From a virus, in IMG/VR virus record IMGVR_UViG_3300023210_000011, positions 1-64,000 of that record: 64,000 bases of DNA; one strand, 5' to 3'. The notes beneath the pieces were generated by a model, which did not search any database, was not told where the DNA came from, and was given only the letters and a program-made list of their open reading frames with translations. This document shows, piece by piece, positions 34,845 through 44,318 of the stretch. The translations under genes were made by a program, and so were the position numbers. How positions within the stretch are numbered: the first letter of the stretch is position 1; each line of letters starts with the position of its first letter.

Positions 34845-35349
34845 TCGCGTTGTCGTCTCGGAAGAGGTTCCGCTCCAGCGGAATACTGTTCAGGCGTTGA
34901 TGGACGCCCTGGGGTCCCTGTTCGGAAGGAAGGACAAGCCCACACGACTCCTCTACGTGAAGGGGGAGGCGCTGCAGGTGGAGACGCCCAAGCTCCTGGA
35001 TGCTCCAGACATTGAAGGTCTGGATAGCGGCCTGTTCACCCCGTACCAGGCAATCCGGCAGCACTGCGAGGTAGACGTGATGGAGACCGAAGCCAGCCCA
35101 TTGATGGCCGCGTGTCTGGCGGTGGCCAAGGTTCGGGGACAGGCAGACGTTCTCTCGGGGGTAGTCATCCAGTCCAAGGACTCCCTCGATGACTGGCTGC
35201 CTGGGGTGAAGCTGGACGAGATCTTCGGGATCCCGGTCTACATCGACCCCGAGACTCCAGAGGGCTTCGTGTTTTTCTGCAGTAGCTCCCGCAGTACGAT
35301 GGTTCGTGACTTCGAGCAGGCGGTCGCCTGCCACACCAACGGGAGCTGA
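34825..35349 (+). CDS. hypothetical protein
   Basis: ORF track; GGAGG RBS. Confidence 0.7.
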   Translation: MDLRRRSRVVVSEEVPLQRNTVQALMDALGSLFGRKDKPTRLLYVKGEALQVETPKLLDAPDIEGLDSGLFTPYQAIRQHCEVDVMETEASPLMAACLAVAKVRGQADVLSGVVIQSKDSLDDWLPGVKLDEIFGIPVYIDPETPEGFVFFCSSSRSTMVRDFEQAVACHTNGS

Positions 35350-35351
35350 CC

Positions 35352-35693
35352 ATGGCGTGTGTAGGACGTTGCGGGGACTACGAGTCCCGACCCCAGTTCT
35401 GCAAGGACTACCCACAGGTGACGGACTTCGTCCCTTCGGGCTGTACCTTCTCGTTCCTCGGTGCAGAGCGGCAGGGGTCGTGCCAGCCGGAGGAGTGCCA
35501 GCAGGACATCTGTTGCGGCTACCCCCGGGAGGGGGGAGAGCCGGAAGGGACGTCCCTCGACGCCATGATCGGCGGAGAGCCCTGCAAGCATCTGACATGG
35601 ATCGAGATCACCACCAAGGAAGCCTCAGATGAGGAGGTAGCCCCGATGGAGGTCCTTCACTCCCTGATCGCTGACGCTCTCGGAGGATTCTGA
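35352..35693 (+). CDS. Cys-rich YkgJ-like metal/Fe-S cluster protein
   Basis: CGDYESRPQFCKDYP matches the C..Y..RP..C..YP pattern. Confidence 0.5.
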   Translation: MACVGRCGDYESRPQFCKDYPQVTDFVPSGCTFSFLGAERQGSCQPEECQQDICCGYPREGGEPEGTSLDAMIGGEPCKHLTWIEITTKEASDEEVAPMEVLHSLIADALGGF

Positions 35694-35695
35694 GC

Positions 35696-36229
35696 ATGTT
35701 CGCCCCCTATATGACTCGCTCGAAGAGCCTCGAGATGATCGAGGAGGAAAGCAGCGAGGACGGGCTGGCCCACAAGGTCACCTTTCGCGTCACAGATCTC
35801 ACTGCGTGGAACTCGCAGCTGGTCGATGTCCTGAAGTTCGCGGAGGACGAGGAAGACTACGTCTTGTCCGTGCGCAAGGAGTACTACGTCCTGGACGGCG
35901 CTCCTCGATTCGTCTGGAACATGATGATCTGGGGCGACTACGCCTCTGCTGCTCGAGATCTCGGTCCTCTGATGCAGATCGTTCCGCAAAGGGCGTCGCC
36001 CCCGGCACCCGCGGAGAAGGCGGCGGCCCCCGCTGCGCAGCGAGGCCGTGCATCGATCCTGGCCGTCCGGAAGATCGGCGTAGAGGATGACGGCACCACT
36101 CGGGTCGTGAAGAAAGTGCGGCTGCCGCACCGTCGCGGAAACCGCGACAACCCCGGAGAGGGGATCACCAAGAAGATGGGAGACAAGCGCATGGGCGCCT
36201 ATGTGTCTACTGCCAGTGGAGCGATCTGA
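35696..36229 (+). CDS. hypothetical protein
   Basis: ORF track; coupled. Confidence 0.7.
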   Translation: MFAPYMTRSKSLEMIEEESSEDGLAHKVTFRVTDLTAWNSQLVDVLKFAEDEEDYVLSVRKEYYVLDGAPRFVWNMMIWGDYASAARDLGPLMQIVPQRASPPAPAEKAAAPAAQRGRASILAVRKIGVEDDGTTRVVKKVRLPHRRGNRDNPGEGITKKMGDKRMGAYVSTASGAI

Positions 36230-36873
36230 TGGACATGAATCTCGCCACCCGCCGCTTCCACGCGAAGCTGGCGCAAGAGCAGGAAGCGCACGCAGCCGAG
36301 ATGGCCAAGCGCGCCAAGTACAAGATTCAGATCTGGTTCCGCTCCGACCGGTCCCTGCATCGTCCGATGACCTTCTCGATGTCCTTCTGGGAGTCTGGGA
36401 AGCGTCTGCACGGAGGAGGGGACGAGCTCCTCTTCATCTGTCGTCGGCACGCCGACGCCCCCAAGATCTCCCCCTTCGAGATGGCCAACGCCGCCAAGAA
36501 GAAGGGAAGCGACACGGGGTGTGGGGGGTTGATCTCCGGAGACAGCATCAGCCCAGAGGGGATCGTGGTCTGCCCCCACTGCTTCCTCCAGCACCGCACG
36601 GAGCAGATCGGGGACTCGATCTTCTACAGGGTCCAGGTGGGCCAGGCTGCGAAGATCCTCGCGGACTGGTGGCGCAAGGTCGGCAGCAACGCTGACATCT
36701 ACGCCAAGTACAGTCCCGAAGATCCACGTACGGTTATGATGAGCCGTACCTACTCTCCCCGCAAGGCGCGGGAGAGGAAGGGCCTGACCATCTACCCCCT
36801 GGCCAACATCCTCAAGGACACCCTCAACGGTGCGTCCCTCGAGTCCAGGATGAGGGCCTTCATCACGGCGTGA
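36229..36873 (+). CDS. hypothetical protein with CPHC motif
   Basis: ORF track; TGATG coupling. Confidence 0.75.
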   Translation: MDMNLATRRFHAKLAQEQEAHAAEMAKRAKYKIQIWFRSDRSLHRPMTFSMSFWESGKRLHGGGDELLFICRRHADAPKISPFEMANAAKKKGSDTGCGGLISGDSISPEGIVVCPHCFLQHRTEQIGDSIFYRVQVGQAAKILADWWRKVGSNADIYAKYSPEDPRTVMMSRTYSPRKARERKGLTIYPLANILKDTLNGASLESRMRAFITA

Positions 36874-36876
36874 GAC

Positions 36877-39753
36877 ATGGACCACTTCTACCCGGAGTTC
36901 GAAAAGGAGGCGGACCTCGCCTCCTTCCTCGCCCCGGTAACGGAGAGAATCCAGGGCTTCTTCCAGTCCAAGGAGAAGAAGCGCGCGGCTCGCCGGGTGG
37001 AGGGGTTCCACAAGACGGAAGACAAGGACTGGGACGGGTTCACCGACCAGACTTCCCGCAAGAGCTTCGTCAAGCAGCTGGGGTCGGACACGCGCTCCGA
37101 TCCCAAGCTCCTGCAGTACGCCGACAACATGAACCGCCTCAAGACGGGCAAGCAGGTCGGAGAGGTCCAGGGAAGCCGGGGCACCTACAAGATCGTGAAG
37201 CTGCGGGGCCAGGATCGACTGGGGTGCTCCTGCAACGACTGGCGCTACAAGAAGTCCGTCGCGCAGCCTGGTGAGCAGGTGGACTGCAAGCACATCCGGC
37301 AGTTTCAGCAGCTGAAGGTTGCGGGTGTGAAGAAGCTCGAGCCCTCGCAGGGCGAGCGGGCTGAGTGGGAAAAGCGGGTAGCGCAGGCTGCGCTCTCGGG
37401 CGGGGACGGCGCCTCTCTGATGAAGACGGAAGAGGGCTTCGCAGCCTACACGCACCGCTCCCGTTCGAAGTTCTACCCAAGCCCCGCCTCCATTCCTCTT
37501 GGGAAGATCCGCTCCGTCGCGAAGACGGCGTCCTACCGCGAGGGCGGATCTTTCACGCACGACGGGCAGAAGTACTCTCTTGACGCCGCACTTCGATCCG
37601 CGGAGTCTCGCCCAGCCCTGCAGTTCTCGGTGGACGAGCTCAAGTGGGTGCTTCAGCATGACCGCCCCGACCCTTCGCGGGTACGAGCGGCAGACCTGCG
37701 TGCCCCTCTCTTGCTCGCACCCGACCGCAGGGGGCGGTGGACAGTCATTGATGGGCTGCACCGGCTCGCAAAGGCCGTGCGCGCAGGGAAAGACTCGGTC
37801 CCGGTCAAGATCTTGGCGCTGAGTGAGCTCCAGAAGACGGCCGCAGCAGTCACCTCCACGCTCAAGCCGCACCAGGAGCGGGTGCTGCGCAAGCTCGAGG
37901 ACAGCGACGGAGTCATCGTCGCGCACCGCGTAGGCGCCGGGAAGACGCTGACATCGATCGCCGCGGGCGTAGCGAGTGGCCGTCCCATGGAGGTCATCAC
38001 CCCTGCCTCCCTGACCAAGAACTACGAGAAGGAGCTCAAGAAGCACGTGAAGGGTGAGGTGAAGGCTCGTATCAGCTCCTACGAGAAGGCTGTACGGCGC
38101 GGAGCCAAAGAAGGGGAAGACAGCGTCGAGCCGGGATCTTTCCTGGTGCTCGACGAGGCGCACCGGCTGCGGAACGGAGGGACGCTAACCTCGAAGACCC
38201 TCCGTCCCGCGGCGCTGGAGGCCCACAAGCGGCTCCTCCTCACAGGCACCACGCTCTACAACCGCCCCTCTGATGTGGGGCCCCTGGCGAACGTGGCGGC
38301 GGGAGAGACAGTGCTCCCAGCGGACCCCACCAGGTTCGATCAGAAGTTCATCCAGGAGTCCGAGGTGTCCCCCGGGCTCTGGAACAGGCTGCGAGGGGTG
38401 AAGCCCGGTCTGCGGAAAGATCTGAAGAACGCCTCTCTTCTCCGCAAGGCGCTGTCAGGGCGCATTGATGTCCACTCAGAGGCATCGGCGGAGGACTTCC
38501 CTGAGCAGATCGAAGAGCGGATCGCAGTTCCGATGTCTCCGAAGCAGGAGCAGGTCTACGAGGCCGTGATGGGTGCCGCCCCGGCCCATGTGCGGAGGAA
38601 GATCCGCGCAGGGCTCCCGCCGTCGAAGCAGGAGTCCCGAATGTTGAACGCATTCACTACTGCAGGCCGGCAGGCTTCCCTCTCTCCGCGCCCCTATGTC
38701 GACGACATGACGAACGCGCAGGAGGCGGAGAACACCCCCAAGATCCAAGAGGCTGCGCGGCGGCTCCTGGACGCGCGGAAGACGGATCGAAGGTTCCGGG
38801 GGGTGGTGTACTCGAACTACATCGAGGCGGGCCTGAAGCCCTACGAGCGTGCCCTGAAGAGGCGGAAGATCAAGTTCAACACCCTCACGGGCAAGCTCAA
38901 CGCCAAGCAGAAAGCCCGCATGGTGGATGAGTACAACTCGGGGCAGACGCCCATCCTCCTCGTCTCGAGCTCGGGGACTGAGGGGCTGGACCTGAAGGGC
39001 ACGAAGATGGTCCAGGTCTTGGAGCCGCACTGGAACAACTCCAAGATCGACCAGGTGATTGGACGAGGAGTCCGGTACCAGAGCCACGCCCACCTCCCGA
39101 AGAAGGAGCGCAAGGTTCAGGTCCAGCGGTTCTACTCATCGCTGCCGAAGGGCTTCTTGGGCCGGAACAAGGGCAAGTCCACTGAGCAGTGGATCCAAGA
39201 TCGGGCGGACGACAAGACGCGCCTCTCCAACCAGCTGCGGGAAGTGTTCCAGCAGGCGAGTGACGAGCCCCCGCAGTCGCTACAGGGCCATGTGGCTCAG
39301 CGCATCCAGGAGCGCGCCCCCGGTTCCGGGTACGAGGTCGCCAAGATCCAGGCGCGCATCCCCAAGATGACGCTCCGCCCAGGAAAGACCTACCATGTGC
39401 CGCTCGCCAGAGGGCGGGGCTGGGTCGTGATAGGCGACATCGGTGGCCGGCACGTCGTGAAGACGGTCTTCGGTCCCAATATGCGGCCCCCGGGAGAGCG
39501 CGTGCTGGTCAAGCAGGCCCGCGCACCCCGCGACTACAAGAAGGAGTATGCGGAGTACCACGCCACCCCAGAGCAGCGGAAGAACCGTAGCCTCCGGAAC
39601 CAGGCCCGCCGGAAGGTGGGGCTAAGCAAAGGTGATCCCCGAGAGGTAGACCACAAGACTCCGCTCTCTCGTGGCGGCGGAAATGGCTCTGGGAACCTGC
39701 GTGCAGTTAGCTTCGAGCTCAACCGCAAAAAGTCAAACGGAGAAGCACGATGA
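36877..39753 (+). CDS. multidomain protein: SWIM zinc finger + ParB-like + SNF2-family helicase + HNH endonuclease
   Basis: CSCNDW...DCKH; VIDGLHR; AHRVGAGKT, LDEAH, LLTGT, GTEGLDL, QVIGRGVR; VDHKTPLSRGG...NL...N. Confidence 0.85.
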   Translation: MDHFYPEFEKEADLASFLAPVTERIQGFFQSKEKKRAARRVEGFHKTEDKDWDGFTDQTSRKSFVKQLGSDTRSDPKLLQYADNMNRLKTGKQVGEVQGSRGTYKIVKLRGQDRLGCSCNDWRYKKSVAQPGEQVDCKHIRQFQQLKVAGVKKLEPSQGERAEWEKRVAQAALSGGDGASLMKTEEGFAAYTHRSRSKFYPSPASIPLGKIRSVAKTASYREGGSFTHDGQKYSLDAALRSAESRPALQFSVDELKWVLQHDRPDPSRVRAADLRAPLLLAPDRRGRWTVIDGLHRLAKAVRAGKDSVPVKILALSELQKTAAAVTSTLKPHQERVLRKLEDSDGVIVAHRVGAGKTLTSIAAGVASGRPMEVITPASLTKNYEKELKKHVKGEVKARISSYEKAVRRGAKEGEDSVEPGSFLVLDEAHRLRNGGTLTSKTLRPAALEAHKRLLLTGTTLYNRPSDVGPLANVAAGETVLPADPTRFDQKFIQESEVSPGLWNRLRGVKPGLRKDLKNASLLRKALSGRIDVHSEASAEDFPEQIEERIAVPMSPKQEQVYEAVMGAAPAHVRRKIRAGLPPSKQESRMLNAFTTAGRQASLSPRPYVDDMTNAQEAENTPKIQEAARRLLDARKTDRRFRGVVYSNYIEAGLKPYERALKRRKIKFNTLTGKLNAKQKARMVDEYNSGQTPILLVSSSGTEGLDLKGTKMVQVLEPHWNNSKIDQVIGRGVRYQSHAHLPKKERKVQVQRFYSSLPKGFLGRNKGKSTEQWIQDRADDKTRLSNQLREVFQQASDEPPQSLQGHVAQRIQERAPGSGYEVAKIQARIPKMTLRPGKTYHVPLARGRGWVVIGDIGGRHVVKTVFGPNMRPPGERVLVKQARAPRDYKKEYAEYHATPEQRKNRSLRNQARRKVGLSKGDPREVDHKTPLSRGGGNGSGNLRAVSFELNRKKSNGEAR

Positions 39754-40688
39754 AACCCGACTACCGAGGCCTGCGGGCGCACATGCAGAAGGCGAGTCCG
39801 TTCCAGGAAAAGGCGGGCGGCATCCATGGGAGCCCTCATGGAGGCCACAGCCGAGAGGCCCTCCTCGCAGAGCAGGAGCGGGTACGCAGGCAGTTGGCCG
39901 GGGAGAAGGTAGCGGGCGCCCGAGAAGCTCTGCGAGTTTTTCTCACGGGAAAGGTTCCGGTCCGCCACGGAACTACCAAGGCGGTGGCAAAGAAGATTCG
40001 CGCCACCGGCCTGCGTCCGCAGGGGTCAGCAGGCATCTCTTCGTTGCTCGCCGTTCCCGGAGAAGAAGGACTTGCCTTCACTACGAGGTCGAAGGCCATG
40101 GCGAAAAACTACGCTCAGCAGGCTGAAGGCCTCGCCAAGGCGAAGGCGCTGAGGAGGCACATACCGATTGAGCAGAAGCGGCAGATCCTGAACTCCCCTG
40201 CGGTGCAGGGCATGCAGCGCCAGTTCGAGGCTACCGGAAGCTCTGCGAATATGGGAGACGTGTTGCAGGCTCAAGCGGGCAGGGCCCTATCCTTCTTCGG
40301 CAAGGGAGATGTTGTGGAGGCCCGCGTTCCCTGGAAGAAGCTGCGGGCGCGCGAGGCTCCTGGGAGGGAACTCCATGCACCCGTGGTAAAGAGCCAGAGG
40401 GAGGCGCTGTCCCAGATTCACCCCTCTCTCGAACAAGTCCCGGCCGCAGCGTTCATGACTGATGTTCCTGTTCGCGGGGGCTTGCCGGCTGAGTACATCA
40501 AAGGGTCTCCCTCGTATATGCGCACGAGTGTGGGCAGCCTCCGTGACCACCTTCGGAGCATCAAGGACGAGCCCAAGGCCTTTGGCAAGGAGGTTCTTCG
40601 CGCCTACGCCGGCATGCAGCATCGTCCCTCGACTCTGCTGGGCCAGGATCCTGCTCTCCGCAGAAGGCTCCTCGGAGTAGCCGAGTAG
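39750..40688 (+). CDS. putative ADP-ribosyltransferase-fold protein
   Basis: VRHGTT..VA..I...GLRP and LAFTT....AKNYA motifs. Confidence 0.55.
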   Translation: MKPDYRGLRAHMQKASPFQEKAGGIHGSPHGGHSREALLAEQERVRRQLAGEKVAGAREALRVFLTGKVPVRHGTTKAVAKKIRATGLRPQGSAGISSLLAVPGEEGLAFTTRSKAMAKNYAQQAEGLAKAKALRRHIPIEQKRQILNSPAVQGMQRQFEATGSSANMGDVLQAQAGRALSFFGKGDVVEARVPWKKLRAREAPGRELHAPVVKSQREALSQIHPSLEQVPAAAFMTDVPVRGGLPAEYIKGSPSYMRTSVGSLRDHLRSIKDEPKAFGKEVLRAYAGMQHRPSTLLGQDPALRRRLLGVAE

Positions 40689-40886
40689 TCAACACCGCGA
40701 ATAGTCCATTTGCCCTTGGCATGAAAAAGAAGATAATTCGCTTCATCGTGGCCCCTGTAAAGGTGTCACACCAGGCTTTCCCGGACAATCCAGTACGTCC
40801 CTGGTGCGGTGAATACTCCTTCGATTTCTCCGGAGATTTCTCGGTTTCCTCACACCGATGTTATACCGGAAAAACGGAGGGAATTT

Positions 40887-41150
40887 ATGCCGCCACAGAA
40901 GAAGACCATTGCGGTCCTGCTGACGCAGGTGACGGAGCTCCGGCAGCGTGCTGCGGTCCAGACTGCCCTCGTGCAGATCTTGCGGACCCGGTATCTGCCG
41001 AGGGATGGGGTCCCGGAGGCCCTGGCCCAGATTGACTGCGAGGGGGCACCCGTCTCTGCCGACATCATCGAGGAGATGGTGGAGGAGTTGGAGGATGTGG
41101 TGTCGGAAATCAACAAGGAAGTCCGCTCGATTCTGAGCCAGGAGGCCTGA
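40887..41150 (+). CDS. hypothetical protein
   Basis: ORF track 40809..41150; start refined after GGAGGG. Confidence 0.65.
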   Translation: MPPQKKTIAVLLTQVTELRQRAAVQTALVQILRTRYLPRDGVPEALAQIDCEGAPVSADIIEEMVEELEDVVSEINKEVRSILSQEA

Positions 41151-41531
41151 ATGCCATCGCGCACCGAACGACTCGAAGCCAAGTTCACTGAGCTCGAGCA
41201 GCGCATCGCCCTACTGGAGAAGATCCAGTCCGAGGGCATCGATCACCTGATCACCGAGATCCAGAGGCTGTCAGAGAATGACGGAGTACTCGGGGAAGTC
41301 GCAGAGCAGCATGACAACCTCCTCGCAGCACTGCGAGCACTGCTCGATGAGAAGAAGGTCGTGAGTGACGCCGAGGTCACCGCGAAGACCCAGGAGATCT
41401 CAGATCTCCGAGAGCGTGCTCAGAAGAGCCGGGACCAAGAGGCCGAGCTCCGGCAGGTGGCCTTCCGCGCAGAGGAAGCAGCCAAGGAAGAGGCAGGTCA
41501 CCCGAAGGAAGCGTTCATCTTCGGGAGCTAA
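41151..41531 (+). CDS. coiled-coil hypothetical protein
   Basis: ORF track; AGGAGG RBS. Confidence 0.7.
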   Translation: MPSRTERLEAKFTELEQRIALLEKIQSEGIDHLITEIQRLSENDGVLGEVAEQHDNLLAALRALLDEKKVVSDAEVTAKTQEISDLRERAQKSRDQEAELRQVAFRAEEAAKEEAGHPKEAFIFGS

Positions 41532-41541
41532 GGCCTTCGAG

Positions 41542-41573
41542 GCGTACGGGGGTCCCGAAGGACCCCCGTACGC
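41542..41573. terminator. 14-bp hairpin between convergent genes (cUUCGg on the minus strand)
   Basis: GCGTACGGGGGTCC-CGAA-GGACCCCCGTACGC. Confidence 0.75.
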
Positions 41574-41579
41574 TCTTGC

Positions 41580-42065
41580 TCACCGCTGGCCGCACTGCCC
41601 GCAGTAGCTCTCGGTCTCTGTTCCGTGACGGCAGAAATCTCCAGACTGGAGAATTCGCTGTTGGATGGCATCTTCTCTCTCGACAAGAACTCCATCGAGA
41701 GTCTCTACCCGCAACTCCATATTGCCGAGGTCTCCGTCCCACATGCGGTCTCGCACGATGCGGTGTGCCCGAGAGTCTACGAAGTCGCGCGGGCCTGTCT
41801 GCTTTACCCAGTCTCGTGCCGGCCAAGAGGCAAAGCGCCAGCGGACCTGGAAGGTAGCAGGCGAGGGTGAGGATGGCTGATCGGGCTTCCGGACCCGGAC
41901 CCATGCGAGGGTCCAGACTTCTCCTGTCTCTGGATCTTTCCGTCCCAGGTCTTCGTCAGTGGCGAAGGTCTGGTCACTCGAGTCGATGATCGTGGAGATC
42001 TCACGATCGAAGAGCCCGCAGGGCTCAAACGTGTCGAGGTCGGGGACCTCCAGGGTACGGGGCAT
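41580..42065 (-). CDS. hypothetical protein
   Basis: ORF track; GGAGG RBS. Confidence 0.65.
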   Translation of the reverse strand: MPRTLEVPDLDTFEPCGLFDREISTIIDSSDQTFATDEDLGRKDPETGEVWTLAWVRVRKPDQPSSPSPATFQVRWRFASWPARDWVKQTGPRDFVDSRAHRIVRDRMWDGDLGNMELRVETLDGVLVEREDAIQQRILQSGDFCRHGTETESYCGQCGQR

Positions 42066-42102
42066 CAGTCCTCCAGGTATTTGCTGTGCCAGTCCGGGAT
42101 CT

Positions 42103-42336
42103 TCATGTAGACCTCAAAACGTGATTGAAATGGCGCGTGGTTCGGCGTGTCCTGGTGAGGAACCCCGAGAACAGGGGGGAGTAGCCACAGCTCTTGCACT
42201 GCAGCGTGGGGGTCAGCTGGTAGCCGCCCGGAGGGGGCGTGCCTCGCTGGTTCCACGGGCACTGGACGAGCACCTGGCCCATCTTGTAGTGCTTCTTTCC
42301 GCAGTCGGGGCAGGGAATGTAGGAAGGACGCCTCAT
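42103..42336 (-). CDS. zinc-ribbon protein
   Basis: CPDC...CKSC; ATGA coupling. Confidence 0.55.
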   Translation of the reverse strand: MRRPSYIPCPDCGKKHYKMGQVLVQCPWNQRGTPPPGGYQLTPTLQCKSCGYSPLFSGFLTRTRRTTRHFNHVLRST

Positions 42337-42599
42337 GTCGTTCCCCACCGCTCTACGGCCGTGAGCGGTGCCTTGCATCCCCAGAACCGGAGCCGAATGA
42401 CCAGTCCCCGGCCCCGGTTCTGCTCCCAGGCTCCGTGCCTGAAGTCGAGCACTCCGGCGTACACGCGCTCGGCTACTCGACGCTCAATCGGAGCACCCGG
42501 GCAGTGCGTGGTGAGCTCTCCTTCTGCGAGGTCGCAGACCACGCACTCAGAGATGCCCTCGTGTCCGGGGACATCTCTGAGCTTGTGCTCTCGGGACAT
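42333..42599 (-). CDS. hypothetical phage protein (CVVCDLAEGELTTHCPG)
   Basis: ORF track; TAGATG coupling. Confidence 0.65.
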   Translation of the reverse strand: MSREHKLRDVPGHEGISECVVCDLAEGELTTHCPGAPIERRVAERVYAGVLDFRHGAWEQNRGRGLVIRLRFWGCKAPLTAVERWGTT

Positions 42600-42764
42600 C
42601 TACCGCCCGCCCCAAGGGAGGAGAGTGCCTCCCCGGATCTCGCGTTCTACGCCGCACTCACAGCGGCACCACCAGGTCACTTGGCCGTTTTTCTTTCCGT
42701 GTCTTCGAAGTACAGACCACTTCCCATAGGCGTGCCCAGTTTCATCTTTCACTTTTGCTGCCAT
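42600..42764 (-). CDS. 54-aa remnant resembling the N-terminal CxC domain of AP2/HNH homing endonucleases
   Basis: translated by hand: DETGHAYGKWSVL...WWCRCECG...IRGGTL; GAGGAG RBS. Confidence 0.5.
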   Translation of the reverse strand: MAAKVKDETGHAYGKWSVLRRHGKKNGQVTWWCRCECGVEREIRGGTLLPWGGR

Positions 42765-44052
42765 AGGTCAGACTCTCCTCGATGCACTCTTCTGCCTCCT
42801 TGTCGTCGCGAAATCGAACGACCCGAGGGAACTGAAGTGCGTTGGTGGCCTCCCCGTCGGCGATGAAGGTCCGGCTGGCGAATTGAATCTCTGCGACCAC
42901 AGGGAACACGCCAGGAGTGCTGAGCCAGTTCCTGTGGTCCTGGGTGAGTCCTCCTCCGCAGTCGCACAAGTAGACCAGTTCTCCGTCGGCGTCGTATTGG
43001 TGGAGGGCTACGGACCCTACCTTTCCACGGTTCTTCCCGCGGCCGTACTTGCCGACGCCCTGTTCGGGGTCCCATAGGCAGACAGCATCCAGTTCGAAGA
43101 CGGGCTTCAGCTTGCAGCAGGTGTTCGGGCGGTCGGGCTTGCCGCGCAGGTTGAAGGACTTCTCGCCGTAGGTGGAGTGCGGGTCCACGATGACGAAGCC
43201 CTCCCACCCCTGAGCGACCAGGGTGTTGCGGAGTCCCTCGACCCCCTTGTAGTCGCCTTCGATGAAGGTCTCCGGCGGATGTACGAACTGGCCGGAGAAC
43301 AGGTCCGCGTGGTCCAGGCGGAACCGGTACTGCATCTCTCCGAGCAGCTGGAGCCCGGCAGCCCAGGCCACGTCCCAGCAGATGAAGTGCAGGAACCCGG
43401 TCTTCTCCTGGATCTCGAGGGCCTTCGGAGTCAACGACTTCATCACCTTCGCGACCCGCCATCGATCATCCGCGTCAGGCCCGTTCACGATCTCGCCCAA
43501 CAGGATGGTGTTGTTCGGGATCTCGTCGTTCTCCTCGATCTCCGTGGCGATGTGGTCGAAGCGCTCGCGCCAGGTGTGCTGATCTTCGAGGTGGTGATTC
43601 GTCAGCATCCGTCGGCTGAAGAAGATCGCCTCCCCCTCGGAGTTCTTGACGATGACCATCATCTCGCCATCGTACTTCCGCACCGCCCACGCCTTCCCGT
43701 CCTCGACCATCTTCTCCATCTTCTTGTTCAGCGAGTTCTGAGGCTTGTAGAAGGACAGGTTGTCCACGATGCCGTGCTCGAAGGGGCTGTAGTCAGCGGT
43801 CTCCTCCAGCTTCGTGTCGTAGCCCTTCCGCATCTTCTTCGAGATCAGGCGATCCATCATGTTCTGCGCGTCTTGCTCAGCCGAGACCTCGTTGCTGCGC
43901 CCCGCGTGCTTGGCGGTTCCGTAGTCCGTGACCTCCTGCATCTTCCCGTCGAGCTGGCCGAAGCGCGTGTGGACCGCGTTCCCCTCGACAGCGATTTCCC
44001 AGACCCGCACAGCGCCGGTGCGCGCACGGTTATAGAGTGTGGTGTAGTTCAT
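42742..44052 (-). CDS. lig: ATP-dependent DNA ligase with N-terminal WGR-like domain
   Basis: motif I RKYDGE, III LLGEI, IIIa CWDV, IV WEGFVI, V KLKP; N-terminal VHTRFGQLDG...KMRKGY. Confidence 0.88.
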   Translation of the reverse strand: MNYTTLYNRARTGAVRVWEIAVEGNAVHTRFGQLDGKMQEVTDYGTAKHAGRSNEVSAEQDAQNMMDRLISKKMRKGYDTKLEETADYSPFEHGIVDNLSFYKPQNSLNKKMEKMVEDGKAWAVRKYDGEMMVIVKNSEGEAIFFSRRMLTNHHLEDQHTWRERFDHIATEIEENDEIPNNTILLGEIVNGPDADDRWRVAKVMKSLTPKALEIQEKTGFLHFICWDVAWAAGLQLLGEMQYRFRLDHADLFSGQFVHPPETFIEGDYKGVEGLRNTLVAQGWEGFVIVDPHSTYGEKSFNLRGKPDRPNTCCKLKPVFELDAVCLWDPEQGVGKYGRGKNRGKVGSVALHQYDADGELVYLCDCGGGLTQDHRNWLSTPGVFPVVAEIQFASRTFIADGEATNALQFPRVVRFRDDKEAEECIEESLTYGSKSER

Positions 44053-44070
44053 TGTGCCTCCGGGGGACTT

Positions 44071-44274
44071 ATGGCCGGGAAAACTGAAATCTTGCAGCGC
44101 GCCGATGTGGACATCGATGCCTTCGACAAGTGGTTTCAGGAGCAGGGAGCTCAGCCTCTTGTCAGATCAGAGCGCGCTATCATCAAGACATTCTTGGTGG
44201 CGCTCCGGTCAGGCAAGCTCGCGCCCCCCGCACACGAGGGCACGACTGAAATGCCGCCGTGCCGGCTAACGTGA
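44071..44274 (+). CDS. small hypothetical protein
   Basis: 3' end of ORF 43177..44274 starting MAGKTEIL; followed by a hairpin at 44284. Confidence 0.5.
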   Translation: MAGKTEILQRADVDIDAFDKWFQEQGAQPLVRSERAIIKTFLVALRSGKLAPPAHEGTTEMPPCRLT

Positions 44275-44283
44275 GAGCCGCTA

Positions 44284-44309
44284 CGCCCCCGCACCGAAGT
44301 GCGGGGGCG
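44284..44309. terminator. 11-bp hairpin between convergent genes
   Basis: CGCCCCCGCAC-CGAA-GTGCGGGGGCG. Confidence 0.65.
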
Positions 44310-44318
44310 GGTTTCCGC

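Noticed and set aside
40885-40895. TTATGCC match to the early promoter motif
   Set aside because: It coincides with the plus-strand start codon of 40887..41150 and there is no minus-strand gene downstream, so it is likely coincidental.
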